Shown here one piece after another: positions 25,401 to 37,400 of a stretch of DNA of 64,000 bases. The DNA is taken from positions 155,698,897-155,762,896 of the forward strand of contig NC_085845.1 in NCBI RefSeq assembly GCF_035594765.1, written 5' to 3'. Position numbers and translations under genes: made by a program. The notes under the pieces are model-generated. The model saw nothing but the letters and a program-made list of their open reading frames with translations. It was not told where the DNA came from and made no database searches. How positions within the stretch are numbered: position 1 is the stretch's first letter; the number at the start of each line of letters is the position of its first letter. The DNA is from Anolis carolinensis. Taxonomy: Eukaryota.

Positions 25401-28400
25401 TGACAATATTCCTAAAATTAAGCATATAAGGATTAAAGAAACACAAAGGAAAATAATATCTAAATGGTATAGAACCCCACTCCAAGTAGCACATATAACG
25501 GGAAATACTTCAAATAAGTGTTGGCATAACTGTGGGGAAATAGGTACATTTTCCCACATGTGGTGGGACTGTAGAAAAATTCAGAACTTCTATAGAAAAA
25601 TAAGAAAAATAATGGAAGAAATAATAGGGAAAGAATTAATATGGGACAAAGCTAGATACATGTCTCTCACAGTAAAGGTAAGGGAAGATAATAATAACTG
25701 GACAGAGATTCTAAAATATATGACAGCCGCAATACAAGCCACGATAGCCCGAGGATGGAGGGATGATACAAAATGGAATGTAGAAACCTGGTGGACTTAT
25801 ATATCAGAATATATAATTAACGATTTCATCATTCAAAAGAAAAAAATTTATACAAATAGCCTAAAAGATCAAGACTGGTTAAGGAAATGGACTGTTCTAA
25901 TCGACAAAATAGACGGAGACGAAAGATACCGTACCTTGAACCAGGCGTTCCACATGATTAAACTGATGTATTGACAATTTTGAATGGCTGTTCCAGGGGG
26001 GTGGGGGGTATGGGGGGAGGGTGGGGGTGGAGGGTGATACATTTCTAAGAACTGTTTGAAATGTCATTTAAGAAATAGTTACCTTTGGAACAATGTATAC
26101 TGAAATAAGTTATGTATGGCAAAAAGAGTTAATTGTTAGGATGTATCAAAAAGCAATAAAATAATTTTAAAAAAAAGAATTTTAAGACTGTAGACACAGT
26201 CTTCTCCAATCTGATGCTCTCAAGATAGGTTGTACAGTGAACCCTATCATCACCAGAAAAACATGGTGGAAATTAAGTCTGGCTAGGGACAACAGGATTG
26301 TAGCTGAAAACAAATATAGGACAACAGATTGGGAACAGATGGGTTAATGGAAATCAAAGCAAAAAAAAGGGGAGGTGGAGAAGAAGGAAGAATTCATAAC
26401 AGAGGCACGGATAAAAAACAACAACTGTAGAGTTTTTGAGTTTACTAACAGCATGAATTAAAAAAGTCAAATTTTTGGCTTTTGTGGGCCTCAGATTATT
26501 ATTGTTTTGGCACACTGTCGATATTATTTTATTTTGGTCATGTGCTTAGGCTGGCTTCATTTTTTTCCATGTATGGTAATTTTCCACTTCAGTTTTTTGC
26601 TTACTTATGAGGTATGCTTATTTTAAATCTGATTACTCTCACAGCCACTTTGTAGATGAAGACATATTAAATTAAAATAAAAGGGCTAAAAATAATGGCT
26701 GGGACCCTTCAACTTCACACAGAAATTATAATAATGACCTGATGATGCCATCTTTGTTCAGGCCATGCCCCAACAGAAAGAGTTCCAAGGTGTTGGAAAT
26801 AGCAACCTTCTACAAGCCTCCTATACAAGTTATTTGTTATGTATATAACTAAGATTGCTTACTATATTGTATGTATATATTGGTATACAATTTTCCCTTA
26901 ACACTATGTTGTTTGAAGTTGTGGGAGGGATTACAGACCATGTGACCAGACCTGAGACTGTTCAGAGTGAGACTCCATTATAGAATCCGTTTGAATCAGA
27001 AGTCAGTTAGAAGTCAGTTAAGTCAGTTGATGTCAGTTAGAAAATGAGTCAGTATGCATTAGCAGTAATCTGTGGCCTAGTAGATTAAAGCCTTGTGACT
27101 TGAAGGTTGGGTTGCTGACCTGAAGGCTGCCAGGTTCGAATCCCACCCGGGGAGAGCGTGGATGAGCTCCCTCTATCAGCTCCAGTTCCATGCGGGGACA
27201 TAAGAGAAGCCTCCCACAAGGATGGTAAAAACATCCAAACATCCGGGTGTCCCCTGGGCAACGTCCTTGCAGACGGCCAATTCTTTCACACCAGAAGCAA
27301 CTCAGGTTGCTCCTGACACGAAAAAAAGCAGTACAGTTGAGTATAGCATAGTAGTCTGTTTGCATCAGTTGATGTATGAAGTCAGTTGAGTATAGTTGAG
27401 TATAGTACAGTATGCTGCAGTGAGTAGTCAGTTTATATTAAGTTAATGTTCAGTAATGTATTAGACCAGGGGTCCCCAAACTTTTAAAGCAGAGGGCCTG
27501 TCCACAATCCTTCAGACTGTGGAGGGGCTGAATTATCATTTGAAAAAAAAAAAACCCAAACAAATTCCTATGCACACTGCACATGTCTTATTTATAGTGC
27601 AAAACAACAACAACAACAATGAAAGAACAATACAATATTTAAAAAGGAAAACAATTGTAACCAACATAAACCTATCAGGATTTCAATGGGAAGTGTGGGC
27701 CTGCTTTTGGCCAATTAATTAGGATTGTTGCCGTTGTGTGCCTTCAAGTCATTTCAGACTTCGGGAGACCCTAAGTCTAAAATTATTTATTTATTCATTT
27801 ACTACATTTATTTATTACATTTATATCCCGCCCTTTTCACCCCAAAGGGGACTCAGAGCAGCTGTATGTACATACAATATATTATACTATTAGCATAGCA
27901 CAATATTAGCATTATATATTACTATATTGAACTATACCACTATACTGTAATATCATATGTAATATATAACATATAATTAATATTATTATATGGTATTATT
28001 ATTAGCATTATATTGTATAACATTATAATATTATCAATATTATATGTATATACAATTATTATATTATTAAAAATGATATAAAATATATTATAAAACTGAG
28101 GGCGGGGGCCAGGTAAATGATCTTGGAGGGCCGCATCCGGCCCCTGGGCCTTAGTTTGGGGACCCCTGTATTAGACTGAAAGGAGTATCAGTTAATATGA
28201 AACCAATAAGCAATGTACCTATATGCTAAATATATTAAGTTTGTAAGTAAATCAACCTTGTTAACTTTTTGGTCTCTCGAGAGCACGATATGAAAGCAAT
28301 ATATTTTATGGGAGAGTAGATATTTTTTGGACATCTGAAATAACGCTTTTGAAGATCTGCTATATATTTTATGCATTAGTATATTTTTGTCGTAACCATT

Positions 28401-31400
28401 CAAAGAGAGAACCTGGGATATCAGTGTTATGATTGAGCCTCATGGCTCTGTTACTGACAGACGTGGGCGTAAGACTCCTCGAGAGTCAGATACTCTCGAG
28501 GAGCGAGAGAGAAAAAGACTGCGAGACATATTTGCAGCACCATCTGACGAGGAGTCTTTCGAAGGGTTTACGGAGAGAATGGAGGAGGGGCTGGTTAGCT
28601 CAGAGGAGGATGAGATGGATTGGACTCGGGTAAGGGAGGAAGTGGGTGCCACTGGCCATGATGGGACAGAAGATGAATGGGGACCTTCAGGATTAGACCC
28701 ATGGTTTAGCTGGAGGGATGGGACGGGATCCACAGCTGGAGATGCTGTTGGGCGTAGTCAGAGGTGTTCCAGCTCTGACGAGGAAAGTGATGAGGAAACG
28801 CCCGGGTTAAGGAGGACAGCTGACAGTGATGAAGATTTGTAACTGGCATAAAATGGGGCTTGAGAGCAATTGCAAATTGCGTTGGGCAAGGTAATCTGGG
28901 CAAACGCTTGGGATCCGTGTGTGTGTGGGACGCTTCCCTGAAGACTTGTGTGCTTTCCTGTGCTGTGACGTAAGTTGATTGGAATCCAGGGTCAGACGGC
29001 GGGAGGGATTGTGTGGGCATTTGTTTGTGCAAACCTGTGCTTACTCTTATTAGCTTGACCTTCCGTCGTCTTCTTGACGGACGCCATCTCCTGCTTTGAG
29101 AACTCGGACTGAACTGACCACGGCTTGTCTTCCCCCCTTCTTGGACTTGGAAAAACTACAAACGTCTGCTTCTGGCTTTGATCTACGGAACGGAACTGGT
29201 CTACTCAACTGCTACAATCCTTGGCTGATTTACTCGTGTTGGAGATCCTGTCTGCTGTGTGTGTGGGGGAGCGACGCAAGTTACTCTAAGCACAGTGTTG
29301 GCAGCAGAGAGGAATCTGCTGCCAATTAGTTGCATTCTTTGTATCTTTTGTTCCTTGGCTTTCGTTTCGTTTATACCCAGGCTGAAGCAAGCAGTTTGTT
29401 TTTACCCGGATTAAACTCCGGTTTAATCCGGTTTATCTTTTGAACATTTACTTTTGCCCCTTTTTGCTCCTAAAGGCAAAAACTGCCTGGCCCTTGTGTT
29501 TTACGGGCATTTTTGAGTTCTGTAATCTAATAAACTCTGTTACTTTGAATCTTGTGGCGTTCTGTCCTTGACAGATTGCCCAACGCCCATAAAAAGTTTA
29601 TTGCAGCAATAAACCCGTCAGGAAGACGATGGATGAGTTAAGGGCCAAAGTAGACCAATTGCAAACGGCTTTTACCGTTATCCAAACAGCTCAGGCTGTG
29701 AAAGGACATGTTTTGACTCCTGAACGCTTTGACGGAACCAGGTGCAAGTTGCCAACCTTTTTGGCACAAGTGGAGCTTTATTTTTCTCAGCTCAGTGCTC
29801 ATGCTTTTCCTACAGACACTAGCAAGGTGGCCTTTATTTTGAGTTTGTTGACCGGTCCCGCAGGACAATGGGCCACTAATTTAATTTTGGGAAATGACCC
29901 AGTCAAGGACAATTTGAATAATTTCAAAAAGTTGTTAACTGATACTTTTGGGGATCCTCTCCGCACGGAGAACGCTGGGTGGGCTCTGTATCGGTTGAAA
30001 CAGGGAAAGGGGACTGTTTTGGATTACTTAAATAAGTTTAACCTGTATCGCCACCAGCTGGATTGGGGGGAAAATGCATTCATGCTTTTATTTACTGCCG
30101 GGTTAAGTGATATGCTCCAGGATGAATTAGCACGCTTGGAGCCGGCTGAAAGCTGGGACGCCTTAGTAGCTAAGGTGCTGCGTTTAGACGCAAGGTTCGA
30201 GGCTCGTAAACACTCAAAAGCAATGTGTGCGCCACCCATGCATGTAACCAGGGCACCTGTGGTGATGGGGGAAGAGCCCATGGAGCTTGGGGTCTTTAAA
30301 AAGCTGTCTACAGAGGAAAAGAGCCGTAGGAGGCAGCTGGGCTTGTGTTTGTACTGTGGGAATGCTGGGCATTTTGCCAAAAATTGTAATGTGAAACCTT
30401 CCCAGCTTTCGGGAAAAGGCCAGCCCTAGTGCGACGTGAGTCCAACGCACTAGGGCTCCTCAAGCAGTCAACTGAGGGGAGGAAGCATGTTTTCGTACCC
30501 ATTACATTATCTGTTGGGGGAAGGGAACTTGTTTCTACTTTGGCACTGCTGGACTCAGGGGCTACGGTCTCCTATGTAGATATTGAGTTTGCTAAGAAGC
30601 ATGGCATTCCTAGAGTACGCAAGGCATGCGACGTGTGGGTGGAAGGAGCAGATGGGAGACTGCTGGAGACTGGGGTGGTTAACCATGAAACCTCAGCAGT
30701 AACGTGGGAGGTGCAGGGAGTAACGGGAACGTTTGTGTGGGATATTACGAGCTTGCCTAGATATGATGTGATCCTGGGGATGGATTGGCTAGCTGTAGTA
30801 AACCCACATGTAGATTGGGCAACACGTAAAGTGATCTTAAAGAGGCAGGATTGTTGCACTCTAAATGTTACTCATTCTGATATGGAGGGAGTGCCTGCTG
30901 AGTATGGGGAGTTCTCTGATGTATTTTGTAAAAGAGAAGCGGACAAATTACCACCGCACAGGCCATATGATTGCGCCATCAAGTTGGCAGAAGGTGCGAA
31001 ACTGCCAGCAGGGAGGCTGTATGCCTTGACTGTACCGGAAAGGCAAGCTTTGCGGGAGTTTCTAGATGAAAATTTAGCCAAGGGGTTTATTCGCCCATCT
31101 AGTTCTCCAACTGCGGCACCGGTATTCTTTGTAGCCAAAAAGACTGGGGAACTTAGGTTGGTCTGCGATTATCGGATCCTAAACAAATACACCATTCGGA
31201 ATAGGTACCCGCTGCCTTTAATCTCGGAACTGTTATCAAGGGTGCAAGGGGCTAAGGTCTTTACCAAGCTTGACCTGCGGGGGGCCTATAACTTAATCCG
31301 TATACGGGAAGGGGATGAATGGAAGACGGCATTTAACACGTGTTTCGGATGCCACGAGTTCCGAGTCATGCCTTTTGGGCTTTGTAATGCTCCTGCGGTA

Positions 31401-34400
31401 TTCCAGAGGTTCATGAACGATGTGTTCAGGGACCTAATTGACCAATTTTTAGTGATTTATTTGGATGATATCTTGATTTTTTCTAAGGACGAGAAAGAAC
31501 ATCGTCAACATGTCAAGCAGGTTCTGCACCGACTGCGGGCTAATGGGCTTTTCGCCAAGGCTTCCAAGTGCGTCTTTCATGTGCCTGAAGTGGAGTTCCT
31601 AGGTCATGTAGTGTCAGGTAGGGAACTTAAAATGGACCCACATAAGGTTGACGCCGTCAACTCATGGCAGGAGCTAAAGACTAAGAAGGATGTACAAAGG
31701 TTCTTGGGTTTCGCTAATTACTACCGGGAGTTTATTCCGAATTTTGCAAAGCTCACGGTACCTTTGACGCAGCTTCTGCGCAAGAAACAGCCATTTGTGT
31801 GGGGGCGGGAAGCTCACGAGGCGTTTCTACAACTAAAGTCTAGTTTTCAATCGGACAACATACTAACCCATCCTGATGTTGACAGACCGTTCGTGGTAGA
31901 AGCGGACGCTTCTAGCTACGCGTTGGGGGCTGTATTGTCTCAGAAGGATTCCTCAGGGACCTTGCGTCCCTGTGGATTTTACTCGCGGCAACTAACACCC
32001 TTCGAGCAGAACTATACCATATGGGAGAAGGAGTTGTTGGCGATTAAGGTGGCGTTTGAGGTGTGGCGGCACTGGCTTGAAGGGGCACGGCACCAGATCG
32101 TGGTCAGATCTGATCACAAGAACTTAGAGCACTTGCAAACAGCAAAGAAGTTAAACCAGCGTCAAATCCGCTGGGCTTTGTTTTTCTCCAGGTTTAACTT
32201 CAAGGTGCAGTTCGTGGAGGGGAAGGCAAACTTGCGGGCCGATGCTTTATCCCGCAAGCCGGAATTTAAGACCAATGAGCAGGTAGTATGTCAGACCATC
32301 TTGCCTACTGCCTCTCTGTGTGTTGTAGATAATGAGCTTGGGTTACATGACCAGATCCTTGAGGCTCAGAAGGATGATGTGTGGACTCAGGAGCAACTGA
32401 TGCTGCTCTCTGCAGGTAACCGTACCATACTGCCGCATCTCCAGGATCAAGACGGGGTATTGGTGCGTAGGGGGCAGGTTTACGTACCAGTAGGGACCCT
32501 CAGGTTGGAGGTGATTAGAGCCCACCATGACGAACCCATGGCTGGGCACTTTGGCAGGTTCAAGACCGTACAGCTTATCACCAGGAGCTACTGGTGGCCA
32601 AAGATGCGGCAAGACATTCTGCGCTTTTGTGACAGCTGCGCCGTTTGTCAGCAGAGTAAGACGCCTGTTGGGCGCCCTAGAGGGTTGTTATCGTCTTTAC
32701 CTGTTCCGGAGAGGCCATGGCAAATCATTTCCATGGATTTTATTTCAGATTTGCCTAAGTCTGGGGGTTATACTTGTATTTGGGTGGTGGTGGATTTATT
32801 TAGTAAACTGGCTCATTTTATTCCTTGTTCAACCATTCCGGCGGCCCCTACGTTGGCCTTACTATTTACAAAGCACATCTATCGTTTGCACGGAGCACCC
32901 GAGGTGATTATTTCAGATAGGGCTCCGCAATTTGTGTCACGCTTTTGGAAACACTTCCATGAGTGTTTGGGGACTAAGTTAAACGTGTCTTCAGCTTTCC
33001 ATCCGCAAACGGATGGACAGTCGGAACGGGTTAATGGGCTCTTAGAGCAGTATCTGCGTTGTTTTTGTTTAGATCAACCCACGGCTTGGGTAAAGTGGTT
33101 ACCGGTGGCGGAATTTGCTTACAACAATGCGGTGCACACGTCTAGTCAGCATACGCCATTTGAGCTAACTTATGGTTTTCACCCACGGGGAGGTGTGGCG
33201 CCGTCGACCAATGTGGTCTCTTCGGACCCTGTGTACCGCTCTTCGGAAATGGCTGCATTGCATGATGTTGCCCGTCGCTTACTGTTGGAAGCTAAGGCAA
33301 CGCAGAAGACTCAGGCTGACCGCCACAGGCAGGCAGGGGAGGAGTTGGAAGAAGGGGATTTGGTGTGGTTATCTTCCAAACATATTAAACAGGCTGGGGG
33401 AAAGTTTGCGCCTCGGTATTTGGGTCCCTTTCCTATCGTTAAAAAGATTTCTTCTGTTGCGTTTCGTTTGCGTTTACCGTCTAGTTTAAAGGTCCATCCA
33501 GTCTTTCATCGTTCGCTGTTGAAACTTGATACCTCTAGTCGTCGTGGTGCTATAGCGGAGGGTATCACTGCCACTTCTCCGCCATCGGGGGAGGAGGCCT
33601 TTGTGAGAGGGGATAGTGTTATGATTGAGCCTCATGGCTCTGTTACTGACAGACGTGGGCGTAAGACTCCTCGAGAGTCAGATACTCTCGAGGAGCGAGA
33701 GAGAAAAAGACTGCGAGACATATTTGCAGCACCATCTGACGAGGAGTCTTTCGAAGGGTTTACGGAGAGAATGGAGGAGGGGCTGGTTAGCTCAGAGGAG
33801 GATGAGATGGATTGGACTCGGGTAAGGGAGGAAGTGGGTGCCACTGGCCATGATGGGACAGAAGATGAATGGGGACCTTCAGGATTAGACCCATGGTTTA
33901 GCTGGAGGGATGGGACGGGATCCACAGCTGGAGATGCTGTTGGGCGTAGTCAGAGGTGTTCCAGCTCTGACGAGGAAAGTGATGAGGAAACGCCCGGGTT
34001 AAGGAGGACAGCTGACAGTGATGAAGATTTGTAACTGGCATAAAATGGGGCTTGAGAGCAATTGCAAATTGCGTTGGGCAAGGTAATCTGGGCAAACGCT
34101 TGGGATCCGTGTGTGTGTGGGACGCTTCCCTGAAGACTTGTGTGCTTTCCTGTGCTGTGACGTAAGTTGATTGGAATCCAGGGTCAGACGGCGGGAGGGA
34201 TTGTGTGGGCATTTGTTTGTGCAAACCTGTGCTTACTCTTATTAGCTTGACCTTCCGTCGTCTTCTTGACGGACGCCATCTCCTGCTTTGAGAACTCGGA
34301 CTGAACTGACCACGGCTTGTCTTCCCCCCTTCTTGGACTTGGAAAAACTACAAACGTCTGCTTCTGGCTTTGATCTACGGAACGGAACTGGTCTACTCAA

Positions 34401-37400
34401 CTGCTACAATCCTTGGCTGATTTACTCGTGTTGGAGATCCTGTCTGCTGTGTGTGTGGGGGAGCGACGCAAGTTACTCTAAGCACAGTGTTGGCAGCAGA
34501 GAGGAATCTGCTGCCAATTAGTTGCATTCTTTGTATCTTTTGTTCCTTGGCTTTCGTTTCGTTTATACCCAGGCTGAAGCAAGCAGTTTGTTTTTACCCG
34601 GATTAAACTCCGGTTTAATCCGGTTTATCTTTTGAACATTTACTTTTGCCCCTTTTTGCTCCTAAAGGCAAAAACTGCCTGGCCCTTGTGTTTTACGGGC
34701 ATTTTTGAGTTCTGTAATCTAATAAACTCTGTTACTTTGAATCTTGTGGCGTTCTGTCCTTGACAATCAGTCTGAGAAGCCTACACTGCCTTGCATGAAT
34801 ATTAGTGGATATTTACTACTAAGGAGAAGATTTACTCAAGTGAGTTTTTAACTCTTCTCAGGAAGATCATACTTAACAAATAGGTTGTGATTATTCTAAA
34901 TAGTGTGGATGCCAATTAATCTCCAAAAAGGGTCACACTTCCAAATGGCTTTGAAGTTGCTAGTTTTCCAAAGGGTTACGATCTCTAACAAGGTCATGCC
35001 TTTCCAAAACAAGATGCTGTAGATCATGTTATTTAAATTATTGTTTTTATGTGTATTGTGCAGTCTAGAGTTATTTTGTATCGCACCTCTTTACACCAAA
35101 GGTTTAAAATTTAGTACAAATTATCATTCAACATTCATCCTTGATAGACCATGCAAATTGGACATTTCATACATAAAGTGAAAAAATGTCCCATTCTGAT
35201 GCTAAAACATTGACAGTGGAAGTATTTTCACACTTGCTGAAACAAAGAGGTTGTGTTAACCAGTGCTTTAAATTCATGTCCAACAGCTTTCTCCTGCAAG
35301 TTTCATTTGTTTCAACAGACTTCCAGACCTCTGGATAAGAGGAAGATACAATGCACCCACACAAGATGAGATTTTCCTCTTTCAATGTCCCCAGCTATCC
35401 AAAGCAGTATTGTTCAGGATACTAGGATTTGAGAAAATAAAGTAAGCTTAACAGAGGTGTAGCTCTGCTGGACTAATCTATGCCAAATGAAAACATTCTG
35501 AGATCATTAATATTTAAATGTGCAGAAAGGTTTAGCATGTCATCAGGGCAATGTTCTATTCAGCATTAAGGGTACATATTCACTTACCTTAACAGCCCAG
35601 ATAGATTGCTCCAAAGGATGGAAAAGTTTGAAACAAAATCCATCCTTTTTTGAAGGCCGCTCAATGAGTTCACATGCGTTCAAAAGTACTGTTCCTACCC
35701 ACTGGCCATTTTTAGGAGTTTTGTAAATAAGCAGTACTCCTGGTTTCAGCACGCACCAAAGTTTTGTCCAGCTTTTCAATGTACCACGAATCTTAACAGG
35801 AAAAAAGAAGATTTTAGTTTGCACTGCAATTCCTCTCCTCCTGAGCAGAGACCTGCCCTGAAAGTATACATAACCAGTTCAGTATTATAAAATTAAATTA
35901 AGATAGTTCCAGGTTTCTTTCAACTATCCAAATGTCATGGAGTTATCCATAACCAGAATATGTATATTGCACATTGTATATTGTTATTTGATAGACTAGT
36001 AAACTACTAAAAGATATCAAATGTAACATGCAGGGATTTTTTAATGAAATAAAATCATGCACAGTAACCCTATAAATATCTATCTACTCAGAAGTACAGA
36101 TACTTCTAGCCAAGTATAGGATTCCATTCCAAACTAGTACTGTGTGTTACATATGTAAATGGAGATATAATGCTCTTAAAGAGTCAATTGACAGTTTGGG
36201 TGTGGGATTGCAATGTGAACTGAATTCAGGTTAGGCTGATTTCCAATCAGCAATGAGGTTCACTTGCAAGCCACAAGCAAATCACTCTCCAGGGTTGTTG
36301 TGAGAAGGGTACAACTGTAACCCATTGATTAACAATGTTGTACATTAACAAACTCTCAGATTTTAATCCATTTCAGAAAATACAGATTTTGAGGTAACAA
36401 TATCTCAGGCATAATATTTTATTGATCAGCCTAAGGTATTTAATTTGCATTTGACCTGTGATAATCACTAACATTAAGCAGTGCTGAATTACAGTATAAT
36501 TCCCATAACTACAGTCGATACGTTCGTGAATTTTTGGTGGAAATGTAAAACTGCAGATAATAGCAAATCCAGAAGAAGCATACTATAGAATTTAACTGGA
36601 GGGCCTAAAAGATGTGTAGAAATGATAAGTGAAATCACAGGAACCGGTCCCATGGATACAAAGGTTATACTGCATTTAACACCCATGTTTGTTTTACCGT
36701 GTCTTCTTGATGGAACAATTTATATAATTCTAATTTTCATAAATGAAACATTCAAATCTTTATGCCCTCATATATAAAAAGAGTGTATGTGTGTTTGTTT
36801 TCAAGAAATAATCTGTTCAAAATACAGTAGAGTCTCACTTATCCAACACTCGCTTATCCAACGTTCTGGATTATCCAATACATTTTTGTAGTCAATGTTT
36901 TCAATATAACATGATATTTTTGTGCTAATTTTGTAAATACAGTAATTACAACATAACATTACTGCGTATTGAACTACTTTTTCTGTCAAATTTGTTGTAT
37001 AACATGATGTTTTGGTGCTTAATTTGTAAAATCATAACATATTTTGATGTTTAATAGGCTTTTTTCTTAATCTCTCCTTATTATCCAACATATTCGCTTA
37101 TCCAACGTTCTGCTGGCCTGTTTATGTTGGATAAGTGAGACTCTACTGTAGTTGTATATCCATAACCTCCAATTTTCTAATATTAGAGGAACATCTTGTA
37201 ATTCGCAACATATTACCGTATTTTTGCTTTATAAGACGCACCTGATGATAAGACGCACCTAGTTTTCAGAGGAGGAAAATGGGGAAAAATAATTTGAACT
37301 AAAAGATGACCTAGAACATTTTAATAAAATAACATCTGAGGGGGGAGAAGGGCACCCACCAGCGGTCCTGCTGCCCGCCCGTCCCGCGCGGAGAGGGCGC

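Larger units (their letters stand above)
28425..34765 (+). mobile_element. Full-length Ty3/Gypsy LTR retrotransposon (Tf1/sushi, chromovirus-related lineage, without chromodomain)
   Basis: Two 1149-bp LTRs (TGTTA...TGACA) that read as identical; 5-bp TSD ATCAG (28420-28424, 34766-34770); intact gag and pol in PR-RT-RH-IN order; PPT before the 3' LTR. Confidence 0.98.

Noticed and set aside
27095-27150. tRNA gene (GGTTCGAATCC boxes here and at about 52505)
   Set aside because: These are the tRNA-derived heads of SINEs; no full cloverleaf
26995-27460. CRISPR-like or functional tandem array
   Set aside because: Eukaryotic context; short degenerate units without constant repeat-spacer periodicity
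28429-28842. Stand-alone 137-aa gene in each LTR (also 19553-19966)
   Set aside because: It lies in U3, upstream of the TATA-like box and predicted TSS, so the LTR promoter would not transcribe it. It is best explained as the duplicated C-terminal tail of pol.
30429-30431. Independent pol start codon
   Set aside because: The codon is GTG inside the frameshift stem; -1 frameshifting from gag explains expression better
33500-34034. Chromodomain or env gene at the end of pol
   Set aside because: No aromatic-cage chromodomain pattern, signal peptide or transmembrane segment; the region is acidic and low-complexity
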